A stretch of 64,000 bases of DNA from an uncultured Solirubrobacteraceae bacterium (GCA_963782325.1 CAWAJG010000003.1:343737-407736), one strand, 5' to 3'; shown: positions 18,943-29,950, numbered from the stretch's first letter. Notes: generated by a model not told the origin, from the letters alone. Numbers and translations: made by a program.

Positions 18943-20163
18943 CTACGCGTCCTTCTCGCGGGGGATGTACGGCGCGAGCTCGCGCCGCGCGATCGACAGC
19001 TTGTGCACCTCGTCGGGACCGTCGGCGAGGCGCAGCGTGCGCAGGTGCGCCTACGCGCTCGCCAGCCCGAAGTCCTCGGTCACGCCGCCGCCGCCGTGGA
19101 CCTGGATCGCGCGGTCGAGCACCTTCAGCGCCATGTTCGGCGCCGCCACCTTGATCGCCGCGATCTCCGTGCGCGCGTGGCGGTTGCCGACGGTGTCCAT
19201 CATCCACGCCGCCTTCAGCGTCAACAGCCGCGTCATCTCGATCTCGATCCGCGACTCGGCGATCCAGTCGAGGATGTTGCCCCGTGTTGCCAGCGGCTGG
19301 CCGAACGTCACGCGCGAGACCGCCCGTTTGCACATCGCGTCCAGCGCCCGCTCGGCCGCGCCGATCGCCCGCATGCAGTGGTGGATGCGCCCGGGTCCCA
19401 GGCGCGCCTGGGCGATCATGAAGCCATCGCCCTCCTTGGAGATCACGTTCGTCACCGGCACGCGCACGTCCTCGAACTCGATTTCCCCGTGGCCGTCCTG
19501 GTCGACGTAGCCGAACACCGGCAGGTTGCGCAGGACCGTCACCCCCGGCGTGTCCAGCGGCACGAGGATCTGGCTCTGCTGGTTGTACGTCGGCGCGTCC
19601 GGCTGCGTCTTGCCCATCACGATCATGATCCGGCAGTGGGGATGGAAGACGTTCGTGATCCACCACTTGCGGCCGTTCAGCACGTAGTCCTCGCCGTCGC
19701 GCTCGATGCTCAGCGCGACGTTGGTCGCGTCTGAGCTGGCCACGCCGGGCTCAGTCATCGCGAACGCCGAGCGAATCTCTCCGTCCAACAGCGGCCTCAG
19801 CCAGCGCTCCTTCTGCTCGTCCGTGCCGAACTGGTGCAGCACCTCCATGTTGCCGGTGTCGGGCGCCGAGCAGTTGCACGCCTCCGAGGCGATGTGCGAG
19901 CGGCCGAGGATCTCCGCCAGCGGCGCGTAGTCGCTGTTCGAGAGGCCCGCGCCGTGCTCCTCGTCGGGCAGGAACATGTTCCACAGGCCGGCATCCCGCG
20001 CGCGGGTCTTCAGCTCCTCCATCACCTGCGGCTGGTGGTGGGGATCCCCGGACTCCCGCAGCTGGCGCTCGTACACCTCCTCCGCCGGGTACACGTGCTC
20101 GTCCATGAACGCCTCCAGGCGCTCCCTGAAGTCGCTGCAGCGCTTACTCGGCTCGAAGTCCAT
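18943..20163 (-). CDS. Acyl-CoA dehydrogenase with an internal TAG at 19051-19053
   Basis: [19 protein letters not shown] and IQVHGGGG motifs. The conserved C-terminus [16 protein letters not shown] continues in frame after the TAG. Confidence 0.9.
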
Positions 20164-20427
20164 TCGGTCCCTCCTCCCCCTTCGGTGACGACGGTGTGCC
20201 CTGAGATCATCGCCGATATGCGCCAACGACGCTCGCGCCAGCGACGCAGGCGACCGCCGCACGCGGCCAGATCCCGGACCGCGGTCCACGCTCGCCATCC
20301 AAGCTAAGCCTTCAGTTGAGGCTCAGCGTTGGCCAGATCGGTAGACCAACCGGTGGGTGGCGCTCGGCAGCGAAAGCTCCAACTTGAACGCATCGATCGA
20401 GACGGATAAGGTTTTACGTTAGAAACT

Positions 20428-20509
20428 CGCCACCGTTCCCCGCAGCAGTCAGTCGGGGATCTCGATGTCGCCGGGCCGTCATGGCTTCGGAGCTACCCGG
20501 ATCGAGGCG
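20428..20509 (+). other. Candidate structured 5' leader RNA of the Mce operon
   Basis: Nested stems TCCCCG/CGGGGA, CTCGAT/ATCGAG, CCGGG/CCCGG and GGCT-TCGG-AGCT. Confidence 0.35.
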
Positions 20510-20541
20510 GACCTGTCCATCAATAGAGGGAGAGAGATCTG

Positions 20542-21327
20542 ATGCGCAGAGCATCCACCTGTCTGGCCGTCCTCGGCCTGGCTCTGCTGGCCCTGCCGGG
20601 CGTGGCGTCGGCCACGCCGGAAGTCAAGTTCAAAGCGGAAGCCGTGCCGATCCCCGGCTACAAGGGCACGGGCAACATCCTCGGCGCCGGCGCGGCGCTG
20701 CAGGCCGAATACCAGATCACCGGCACCGAATACCTTGGGGCGCCGCCGCCGATCATCGGCGTCAACTTCTGGCTGCCAACGGGCGTGAAGCTGCACCCGA
20801 CCGGCTTCCCGACCTGCAATCTCGAACTGCTTGAACGCGAAGGACCCGAAAAATGCCCGAAAGGGTCGATGGCCGGGCCGATCGGCGACGTACTCGGCTT
20901 CGTGAACTTCGGTCACGAACCCGTCGAAGAGAACGCCGAACTGTATTCCTTCTACAAACCCGGAGGCGGCTTCATCTTCTTCGTCCACGGCCACACGCCG
21001 ACCGAGCTCGAAATCTACTCCAGCGGGCACTACATCAACTACACCGGAGGCGGTGGCTACGGCCCGGAGCTCGCAACGATCGTGCCGCTCGTCCCGAGCG
21101 TCCCGGGCGCACCGTTCGCGTCGACCAAGAGCATCCACATCAAGGCCGGCTCGGCGATCGGGCCGAAGAACAACCCGAAGAAGGACACCTACTACGGCCG
21201 TGAGCCGACGAAATGCCACGGCGGCCTCAAGCTGAAGACCGAAGTGATCTTCGCCGAAAACGGCGAAGAATCCAAGCCCGTGCCCGTCACGCGCGAATAC
21301 ACGGCGCCGTGTCCGCGCAAGAAATAG
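20542..21327 (+). CDS. Secreted Cys-containing hypothetical protein
   Basis: Signal peptide ending ASA; Cys pairs (PTC..KCP; KCH..PCP); GAGGGAG RBS. Confidence 0.85.
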   Translation: MRRASTCLAVLGLALLALPGVASATPEVKFKAEAVPIPGYKGTGNILGAGAALQAEYQITGTEYLGAPPPIIGVNFWLPTGVKLHPTGFPTCNLELLEREGPEKCPKGSMAGPIGDVLGFVNFGHEPVEENAELYSFYKPGGGFIFFVHGHTPTELEIYSSGHYINYTGGGGYGPELATIVPLVPSVPGAPFASTKSIHIKAGSAIGPKNNPKKDTYYGREPTKCHGGLKLKTEVIFAENGEESKPVPVTREYTAPCPRKK

Positions 21328-21443
21328 CGATGACGGCAGGGGCAGCGCCCGTGATGGCGTAATCCCGAAGGAGTAGGTTTGATGGGCGGCCTCATCGCGA
21401 TGGTGGGGTCGCCCGCTTGTTGTATACACGAGGAAGGATCGGC

Positions 21444-23045
21444 TTGAGGAGCGAGTTCGTGGGGTGGAGGAGACTGGCGGGGGGTGTCGCCGGCGTCGCC
21501 TGCGTGCTCGCGCTCGTCCTCGTCGTCGTGCTCGCCACCGCCGCCGGCGGCTCCTCCGGCGGCTACCAGGTGCGTGCGATCTTCGACGACGCCGGCAACC
21601 TCATATCCGGCGAGAACGTGAAGATCGACGGCGTGAAGGTGGGCACCGTCGGCTCGGTCACGCCCACGCCGCAGGCCAAGGCGGCGGTCGTGCTGAAGAT
21701 CGAAAACCCCGGCTTTCGCGACTTCCGCGCGGACGCCAGCTGCACGATCCGCCCGCAGGCGCTGATCGGCGAGAAGTACGTCGACTGCCTGCCCACCCAG
21801 CCGCGCGTCGAAGGCACGCCGCTGCCGCCGGTGCTGAAGAAGGTCCCCAGCGGCCACGAAGGCGCCGGCGAGTACCTGCTGCCCGTCCAGAACACGCACA
21901 GCCCCGTCGACGTCGACCTGATCAGCGACATCGACCGCATGCCCGAACGCGAGCGCTTCACGATCATCCTCAACGAATTCGGCGCCGGCCTCGCCGGGAC
22001 GCGGCAGCGACCTCAGCGAAGTGATCAAGCGCGCCAACCCGGCGCTGCAGGAACTCGACAAGGTGTTCCACATCCTCGCCAACGAGAACCACGTGCTCGC
22101 GAAACTCGCGGTCGACAGCGACACCGCGCTCAAACCGATCGCACGCGTGCGCGAACGCGTGGGGGACTTCATCGCGCAGAGCGACAAGGTCGCCCAGGCA
22201 GGAGCCGCCACGCGCGGGTCGCTCGCAGCGCAACCTCGAACTCTTCCCGCCCTTCCTCGAACAGCTCGGGCCCGCGCTCGAACAGGTGCAGCGCTTCGCC
22301 GAACAGACCACGCCCACGTTCACCGACCTGCTCGCCGCCGCGCCGGGGATCGACAAGGCGTTCACGAGCCTGCCCGCCTTCTCGCGCGGCACCGAAAAGT
22401 TCCTCGAAACCGCCGGCCAGACCGCCAAGCTGGAAGGCCCGGCGTTGAAGAACACCACGCCGCTGCTCAAACAGCTGCAAAAGCTCGGCGGCTCCGCGCT
22501 GCCCTTCACCGAAAACTTCTCCCAGCTGTTGGAGAGCCTGCGCGAAACGGGCGGCCTCGAGCGGATCATGGACTTCATCTTCCTCGGCACCGGCGCCGCC
22601 AACGGCTACACCTCGCTGAGCCATTTCCTGCGGGCTGAGGGTGTCGCCAACGTCTGCCTCTCATACGCGATCGCGACTGCCGCGAACGGCGGTTGCAGGC
22701 GCAAACTCTTCAGCACGTCGAGCGGCGCGAGCGCGTCCGCCGCGAGCGCCTCGCCCACGAGCCTGAAATCCTCGAGCGCGGCCGCCGCGGCGCTCGACTC
22801 GAGCTCGACGAGCGTGCTGATGGCGCGCACGCTCGCCGTCATGGAGGGCGCCACGCCGCAGCAGGCGCTCGCCAAATACCCGGGTTCGACGACCGGCACC
22901 GGCGCCGCCTCCGCTCCCGGAGCCGGAGCTGGCGCCACCGTGGAGCCGGTCGGAGGCTCGACGGCCGGCACCACCTACTACACGCCCGCGCGAAGGCTCG
23001 GAAGCCGGCGGGCTGCTCCTCAACTACCTGCTCGGGAGCGAATGA
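21444..23045 (+). CDS. Mce/MlaD family protein 1 (frameshifted)
   Basis: TM anchor, then FDDAGNLISGENVKIDGVKVGTV MCE domain and LIGEKYVD. Frameshifts near 22000, 22220 and 22990; ends LLNYLLGSE. Confidence 0.85.
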
Positions 23046-23049
23046 CGCG

Positions 23050-25479
23050 ATGAGCAGCCGAGCGATCCACCTGCTGCCCGCGCTCGCCGTGGCCGTGCTC
23101 GCCATGTGGAGTCCCGCCGCGAGCCTCGCGGAGGGGGAAGCGCCCGCCACCGCCACGACGGAAACGACGAGCACGGCATCGGGGGAAACGACGCCCACGG
23201 CGAGCACGCCCGAAGCGACCGTGCCGCAACCCGCGCCGGGCGTCACGGCGCCCGCGGCCGCATCGTCCCCGGAGGGGGAACCCGCGGCGCCGCAGGTGCG
23301 CTCCGAGCACCGCCAGGGCGCGAGCCCGAGCGGCTCGTCGCGACTGCGCGCCCGCGCGAACAGGTCGCGGGGCAAGCACGCCCCCGGCGCATCGTCCCCG
23401 CAGGGGGAAGCCCCCACCTCGGCTGGCGTGCGCGCCAGGCACAAGGCGCCGGCGCCGTCCACGCTGACTCCCGCGCTGCCGTTCTCGCTGCAGTCGCCGT
23501 TCGGCGGGCTGCCGACGTTCTTCATCGAAAGCTTCCAGATCCCGCCGTTCCTGCTGCCGATCTTCCAAGCGGCGGGGACCGCCTACGGCGTTCCCTGGCA
23601 GGTGCTCGCGGCGATCAACGAGGTCGAGACCGACTACGGGCGCGACCTCGGCGTCTCCAGCGCCGGCGCCGCGGGCTGGATGCAGTTCCTGCCCTCCGAG
23701 TGGGCGCAGTACGGGGTCGACGCCAACGGCGACGGCTGGGAGGACCCTTACAACCCGGCCGATGCGATCTTCGCCGCCGCCCGCTACCTGCGCGCCGCCG
23801 GCGCCAACACGAACGTCAAGGCGGCCGTCTACGCCTACAACCACTCGCAGGCGTACGTGGAAGCGGTGATGCTGCGCGCGCAGCTACTGGGCGGCACGCC
23901 CCCCGAACTGCTCGGTGCGATCACCGGGCTGACGGAGGCGCGCTTCCCGGTGTACGCGCCCTCGCACTACAGCGACGGCTTCCCCACCGTGGCGACGGGC
24001 AAGACGCTCGTCGGCACCACCATCTACTCGCGAGCGGGCGCACCCGTCATCGCCGTCGAGGACGGCGAAGTCGTGGAAGTCGGCGAATCGCCCTCGCTGG
24101 GACGCTTCGTCGCGCTGCGCGACGCCTACGGCAACACCTACGTATACGCCGAGCTCGGCGAAGTCGCAGCCGAATACCCGGTGCTCGAGCCGCGCGTGCA
24201 CAGCGCCGTCAGCGCCCGCATCGCGGGTGCGGGCGCCGCCAGCCCGGGCAAGGGCGAGGCCGCGCCGAGTGGCCCGGCCACGGCCGGCGCCCAGCAGCGC
24301 TCGCCCCTGTCCGAGGGGGCGGCCATCTCCGGCCTCGCGCTCGGCGCGGTCGCCGGCCTCGAACCGCCGCCGCCCGTTCCCGCAAAGGGCAACCCGCCCA
24401 CGCCTTCCGCTGCGACCCCCGCGCGTGCCTCCGCGCCGCGCAGGTCTCCCGTCCACGTGCGCTCCTTCGGCGAAGGGCCCGACGAGGTCTACCTGCACCC
24501 GCTCGTCCCCGGCGTGCAGGTGATCGCGGGGACGGTCCTCGGCCACGTCGGCCCCGCCACGCCCGCCGCGGGGGCGAGCGCCGCCGTGTCCTCCGAAGAA
24601 CCGCACATCGTCTTCCAGATCCGCCCCGCCGGCGCGGACGCGCCGCTGATCGACCCCAAGCCGATCCTCGACGGGTGGGTGGCGCTCGAAGACACCTCGA
24701 TCTTCCGCGCCAAGGGCGAGAACCCGTTCCTGGCGACCTCGCCGACCGTCGGCCAGGTGCTGCTGGAGTCCAAGCAGCAGCTCGCGCCGCAGGTGCTCCA
24801 CGCATCGTCCCCGGCATCGTCCCCGGAGGGGGAGGGGGACGCGGGCATCCACCTCGGCAGGTGCGCTCGCGAGGACGTGCAGGAGGGCAGGGTGGACAGG
24901 CGGGTGCTGGCGATGCTCGAGTACCTCTCGGTGTCCGGGCTGCGCCCGACGGCCTCCGGGCTGCCGTGTCCGCCCGCCACGCCCGCGGCCGCCGCGGCCA
25001 ACGCGGCGCCCTCGGCCAGCGGCGATGCGCTCGAGATCACAGCCGTCAACGGCATTCCCATCGCCGGTCACCAGGGCCCCGGCTCGATCGCCGACGAGAC
25101 CGTGCGCAGGCTGCTGATGCTGCAGGGACTCTCACGCCCGCAGCGGATCATCAGCACGATGAGCTACCCCGGGGCCGTCGCGGTCGCCAGGGCCAGCGCG
25201 CGCGGTGCCATCCGCGTCGTCTACGCCGCGCCCGGCACCGGCGGCGCGCGCAGCGCCGCGCTGTCGAGCGCGGGCCTCTCGCCGCAGGAGTGGATCGAGC
25301 TGATCGACAGGCTCGGCGAGATTCCCGACCCGACGGTCGCCAGCGGGCACTCGAGCGCCGCGATATCCGACCCGACGACGACCGCCACAGCCCCCGCGGA
25401 AGCGGCCCCCGAAGCGCCGGGGCCGGCCACGGGGCAGCCGTCCGCGAGCCCGCAAGGAGAAGCCGGTGGCGACGACTAG
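23050..25479 (+). CDS. Secreted lytic transglycosylase fused to a degenerate M23-like domain
   Basis: LAAINEVET, SSAGAAGWMQF, DAIFAAARYL and AYNHS (SLT). APVIAVEDGEV, YVYAEL, GTVLGHVG, PHIVFQIR and IDPKPIL (M23 fold). Confidence 0.85.
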   Translation: MSSRAIHLLPALAVAVLAMWSPAASLAEGEAPATATTETTSTASGETTPTASTPEATVPQPAPGVTAPAAASSPEGEPAAPQVRSEHRQGASPSGSSRLRARANRSRGKHAPGASSPQGEAPTSAGVRARHKAPAPSTLTPALPFSLQSPFGGLPTFFIESFQIPPFLLPIFQAAGTAYGVPWQVLAAINEVETDYGRDLGVSSAGAAGWMQFLPSEWAQYGVDANGDGWEDPYNPADAIFAAARYLRAAGANTNVKAAVYAYNHSQAYVEAVMLRAQLLGGTPPELLGAITGLTEARFPVYAPSHYSDGFPTVATGKTLVGTTIYSRAGAPVIAVEDGEVVEVGESPSLGRFVALRDAYGNTYVYAELGEVAAEYPVLEPRVHSAVSARIAGAGAASPGKGEAAPSGPATAGAQQRSPLSEGAAISGLALGAVAGLEPPPPVPAKGNPPTPSAATPARASAPRRSPVHVRSFGEGPDEVYLHPLVPGVQVIAGTVLGHVGPATPAAGASAAVSSEEPHIVFQIRPAGADAPLIDPKPILDGWVALEDTSIFRAKGENPFLATSPTVGQVLLESKQQLAPQVLHASSPASSPEGEGDAGIHLGRCAREDVQEGRVDRRVLAMLEYLSVSGLRPTASGLPCPPATPAAAAANAAPSASGDALEITAVNGIPIAGHQGPGSIADETVRRLLMLQGLSRPQRIISTMSYPGAVAVARASARGAIRVVYAAPGTGGARSAALSSAGLSPQEWIELIDRLGEIPDPTVASGHSSAAISDPTTTATAPAEAAPEAPGPATGQPSASPQGEAGGDD
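23260..23409 (+). repeat. Two intragenic palindromic element copies (23260-23280, 23389-23409)
   Basis: GCATCGTCCCCGGAGGGGGAA and GCATCGTCCCCGCAGGGGGAA. Confidence 0.8.
24802..24840 (+). repeat. Tandemly extended intragenic element (ASSPASSPEGEGD)
   Basis: GCATCGTCCCCG-GCATCGTCCCCGGAGGGGGAG-GGGGAC. Confidence 0.8.
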
Positions 25480-26885
25480 CCCGCCGCCCACTCCCCCCGC
25501 GCCGCCGCCCCCGTCCGGCGGCGTCCCCGGCCCGCCGGCGCGCGTGGGCAGGGCGCGCCAGAGCCCCCTGCGCGCGATCGCCGTGGGTGCGCTCGGACTC
25601 GTGATCCTGATCGTCGCCTACATCGTGCTCGCCCCCAGCGGAGGCGCCAACTACAAACTCGAACTCGCCGAAGCCGATCAGCTCGTCAGGGGCGACCAGG
25701 TACAGGTCGGCGGGGTGCCGGTGGGAAGCGTCACCAACATCGAACTCGCCCACGACTTCAAAGCGCTGGTGACGATCCACGTGAACTCATCGCTGGTGCC
25801 GCTGCACCACGGCACCGAAGTGCAGGTGCGCGTGCCCTCGCTCACGAGCGTCGCCAACCGCTACGTCCAGCTGAACCTCGGGCCCAACAACTACCCCTCC
25901 TACCCGCCCGGATCGACGTTGCCGGCGACGGTCTCCAAGGAAGTCACCGACCTCGACAAGCTGTTCGACACGTTCACCCCGAAGACCCGCAAGGGCCTGC
26001 AGGAGTGGTTCGAAGGCAGCGCGCAGCAGTACGTCGGACAGGCGCGCAACCTCAGCATCTCGACCGAATACTTCCCGCCGGTGCTGTCCTCCGCGACGCA
26101 CTTCTTCAAGGAGCTCTCGGCCGACCAGCCGGTGTTCACGAGCTTCCTCGTGGAAGCCTCCAAGGCGGTGTCCACGATCGCCGCGCGCCAGGAATCGCTG
26201 GCGGACCTCACCGAAAACCAGAACAAGACCTTCCAGGCGATCGGCTCGGAGCAGAGCGCGCTCGCGAAGGGCCTCAAACAGCTGCCCAAGACGCTGAACC
26301 AGGGCAACGAGACGCTCTCGGAAGTGCCGGCCACGTACGCGGCGCTGGGCGAGCTGTTCAAGGAATCGCGGCCGACCACGAAGTCGCTGACCGAGCTGCT
26401 CGAACACCTGCACCCGCTGCTCGTGACCGCGACGCCGGCGGTGAAGAACTTCGCCGAAGTCTTCAGCAAGCCGGGAGCGAACAACGACCTCACCGAACTC
26501 GTGCGCGCGCTCCCCGCGCTCGCCCAGCGCCTCACCACCGCCTCGCCGGTGGGCGTCACGGCGCTGAAGGAATCGGCCCCGATAACGGCCGTCTTCGGAC
26601 CCTACAGCCCGGACCTGGCCGGCACGCTGCGCACGTTCGGCGCCGGCGCCGGCTACTGGGACGCCGACGGCCACTACGCCCACCTCAACCTGGTGTTCCC
26701 GAGCTTCACGCTCGGGGAAAACGAAACCCTGCACCCGGCCTCCAGCGCGGAAGCCGCGCTCGCGAGCCTGAAGACCGGGCAGCTGCGCCGCTGCCCCGGC
26801 GTCCGCCACCCAGCCCGCCGCCGACGGCTCCTCGCCGTTCACCGACGGCGAACTGCTCGACTGCGACCCCACGGAGACACCGTGA
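25466..26885 (+). CDS. Mce/MlaD family protein 2 (frameshift near 26800)
   Basis: EADQLVRGDQVQVGGVPVGSV MCE domain; ends DCDPTETP in the shifted frame. Confidence 0.88.
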
Positions 26886-28451
26886 ACAACAGGCGTCGCA
26901 GCTCACTGGCGGCGAGCCCGCTGCTGATCGGGGCGATCACCACGCTGATCGTCGTCGTGGCGGTGTTCCTCTCCTACAACGCCAACAACGGCCTGCCGTT
27001 CGTGCCCACGTACGACATCAAGGTCGAACTGCCCGAGGCGTCCGGGCTGCAGCAATCCAACCAGGTGCGGATCGCAGGTCAGCGCGTGGGGATCGTCAGC
27101 AAGCTCACCCCCTACCAGAACCCCCGCACGGGGCGCGTGACGGCGATCGCGACGCTGCACATCGAAAAGAAGTACGGGCCGCTGCCGACGAACACGAAGG
27201 CGATCGTGCAGTCCGTCTCGGCCGTCGGCCTGAAGTACCTCGAACTCGAAAAAGGCAACTCCACGGCGACGCTCAAGGCGGGCCAGACGATTCCCGTCTC
27301 GCAGACGCGCGAACCGGTGGACATCGAGGAATTCTTCGACATGTTCGACAAGCCGACGCGGACCGCGCTCAAGATCTCCACCAACAACTTCGGCGACGGC
27401 CTCGCCGGACGCGGGCCCGGCCTGAACAACACGATCGCGGAACTTCGCCCGCTCGTGGAGAGGGCGATCCCGGTGCTGCACAACCTCGCCGAGCCGCGGA
27501 CGGGACTGCACGCGCTGTTCGTCGACCTCGACCGGGTGGCCTCGCAGACGGCCCCCGTGGCGCAGGCCAACGCCGAACTCTTCGAAGACCTCGACACCTT
27601 CTTCAAGGAATGGGCGAGCGTCACCTCCTCGACGGAAGCGGCGACCAGGGGCGGGCCGCCTTCGCTGGAACAGGCGATCTACTCGCTGCCCCACGAGCGG
27701 CCCTTCTACGAAGACGCGACCGAGTTCATGCACCTCTTGCGTCCCTCCGCGGCAGACCTGGTCACGGTCGCGCCGCAGCTCGGGCACGCCTTCTCGGTGG
27801 GCGCCCGCAACCTCACCGCCGCCACCGTCCTGAGCAAGCGTCTCGCCGAATCCGCGCAGGCGCTCGAGGAATTCGGCCGCAACCCGGTCGTCTCGCTCGC
27901 GCTCGAAAACTTCGCGGAAACGCTCGAAATCGGCAACCCGCTGCTGGCGGGAATCGCCCCCGAGCAGGTCAACTGCAACTACTGGACGCTCGCGTTCCGC
28001 AACCTCGCGAGCCTGGAGACCGAGAACGTCGGCGTCGGGACGGTCGTGCGCGCGGAGCACGCTGCTGTCCCCCACGGGCGCCAACAACGAGGGCTTCCCC
28101 TCGGCGACGATCGCCAACGGCCCCTCGATCGAACACGCCGCAGCGGGCTCCAGCGTGGTCGTCAACAACGACCACCTGCACTACAACCCCTACCCGAACG
28201 TCACCGCCCCCGGCCAGGCGAACGTGTGCGAAGCTGGCAACGAGGGATACAACATCGGCCAGGCGACGATCGGGCATGCCACGAGCACCACGGACAACCG
28301 CGAACTCACCAAACGCGAAGACAACCTGTACGGCGAAAAGTACCCGGCGACGCAGCTGAAGGCGCTCGGCCTGCCCAAGCCGGCGGCGGCCAAGCCGAAG
28401 AGCAAGAGCAAGAGCAAGGCGAAGGGCAAGAGCAAGGGGAAGGGCAAGTGA
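26882..28451 (+). CDS. Mce/MlaD family protein 3 (frameshift near 28055)
   Basis: EASGLQQSNQVRIAGQRVGIV and VGLKYLEL; Lys-rich tail. Confidence 0.88.
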
Positions 28452-29950
28452 GCCGCCTGGCCTTCTGGCGGCGCCAGGACCGCGTGCCGGTGAGCGAGCT
28501 GCAGCGCTCGAACCCCGTCCGCGCCGGGATCGTGCTGATCGTGGTGCTCGCGATCGCCGTGTACTTCGGCTTCTCCAAGCACATCCCGTTCAAGCACGGC
28601 TTCGTCCTCAAGGCCGAGTTCGCGAGCGCCATCAACATCCACTCCAAATCCCCCGTGCGCATCGCCGGCGTCACCGTCGGCCAGGTGACGTCGATCCAGC
28701 GCGAGGGCAACACCGGGCTCGTGAACATGGAAATCGAATCCCGCGGCCTGCCGATTCACACCGACGCGACGGTCAAGATCCGCCCGCGGCTGTTCCTCGA
28801 AGGCAACTGGTTCGTGGAACTGCAGCCCGGCAGCCCGTCGGCGAAGACGATCTCCTCCGGCTACACGATCCCGATCGCCCAGACCGCCGATCCGGTGCAA
28901 CTCGACCAGGTGCTCGACGCGCTCAACACCGACACCCGCTCGAACCTGCAGACGTTCCTGATCGAATACGGGGCGGCGCTCACGCGCAAGCCGGACGCCG
29001 CGGAAAACGCCGAACAGGAGCCCGAAGTCCGCGGCGTGGACGCCGCGGAAGCGCTCAACAAAGTCTACGAACGCGCCCCCAAGTCGCTGCGCGGCGGCGC
29101 GGTCGACACGCAGGCGGTCACCGGCACCGAAGCCGACGATTTGTCGAAGCTGGTGGCCTCCATCAACAAAGTCGCCGCGGCGCTGAACGTGCACGAACAG
29201 GACCTCAGCGAACTGTTCCCGCACTACAACAACTTCTTCGCCTCGCTCAGCTCCCACGCGGCGAGCCTCAAACGACTGGTCGCGGAACTGCCCGCCAACC
29301 TGCTGAAAATCGACCAGGGCTTCGCCGGGCTGCATGAATCGTTCCAGCCTACGCGGACGTTCGCCCACGACATCCTCCCGGGCGTGCGCAACACCAACCG
29401 GACGGTCGCCGCGGCGCTGCCGTGGATCGAACAGACGAGGCTCTCGCTCGAGCCGAGCGAGCTCGGCGGCGTCGCCAAGGGCCTGGTCGAAGCGCTGCCG
29501 TCGCTGGCTCAGCTCACCGCCGAACAGACCCCGCTCTACACGCAGACCGAACTGTTCAACGAGTGCATGACCGATGTCATCTTCCCGGCCGGCAACGCCA
29601 AGCTCCAGGACGGCGCGAGCACCAGCGGCGTGGAAGACTACAGGGAGTTCTGGTACAGCCTCGTCGGCCTCGACTCGATCGGCCAGAGCTTCACCGGCAA
29701 CGGCCCGACGGTGAGAGCGCTGGTGAGCAACAGCGGGCAGGTGCTGAAGGCGCCGGTCACGGGGCTGCAGGGGACGAGCCTGAAGGGCGAACCGCTGCTC
29801 GCCCGCTCGTCGCTGGCGCCGCTCGGCACGCGCCCGGCGTTCCCCGCCGAAGAGCCGCCGTACGAGCCGCAGGCGCCGTGCTACAAGCAGGCCCTGCCCA
29901 ACTTCAACGGGCCTCTCTCCGAAGGGCCCGCCGATGGGAGCGGGGGATGA
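28448..29950 (+). CDS. Mce/MlaD family protein 4
   Basis: SPVRIAGVTVGQV and LFLEGNWFVELQPG; GTGA overlap. Confidence 0.9.
   Translation: MSRLAFWRRQDRVPVSELQRSNPVRAGIVLIVVLAIAVYFGFSKHIPFKHGFVLKAEFASAINIHSKSPVRIAGVTVGQVTSIQREGNTGLVNMEIESRGLPIHTDATVKIRPRLFLEGNWFVELQPGSPSAKTISSGYTIPIAQTADPVQLDQVLDALNTDTRSNLQTFLIEYGAALTRKPDAAENAEQEPEVRGVDAAEALNKVYERAPKSLRGGAVDTQAVTGTEADDLSKLVASINKVAAALNVHEQDLSELFPHYNNFFASLSSHAASLKRLVAELPANLLKIDQGFAGLHESFQPTRTFAHDILPGVRNTNRTVAAALPWIEQTRLSLEPSELGGVAKGLVEALPSLAQLTAEQTPLYTQTELFNECMTDVIFPAGNAKLQDGASTSGVEDYREFWYSLVGLDSIGQSFTGNGPTVRALVSNSGQVLKAPVTGLQGTSLKGEPLLARSSLAPLGTRPAFPAEEPPYEPQAPCYKQALPNFNGPLSEGPADGSGG

Noticed and set aside
15842-19666. 1274-aa GMC fusion ORF
   Set aside because: Only 15842-17422 is GMC; the rest is an off-frame reading of the BVMO and acyl-CoA dehydrogenase genes.
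21328-21443. Riboswitch (c-di-AMP or c-di-GMP) between the secreted protein gene and mce1
   Set aside because: Only a few short matching words; the consensus cores are not present.
25440-25461. SASPQGE peptide as another copy of the intragenic element
   Set aside because: The DNA (TCCGCGAGCCCGCAAGGAGAA) does not match the nucleotide consensus; it is not counted, though it slightly favours a peptide-level explanation.
25466-29950. 1494-aa triple-MCE fusion protein in the ORF track
   Set aside because: Artefact of two frameshifts; native stops and GTGA overlaps are visible at 26882-26885 and 28448-28451.
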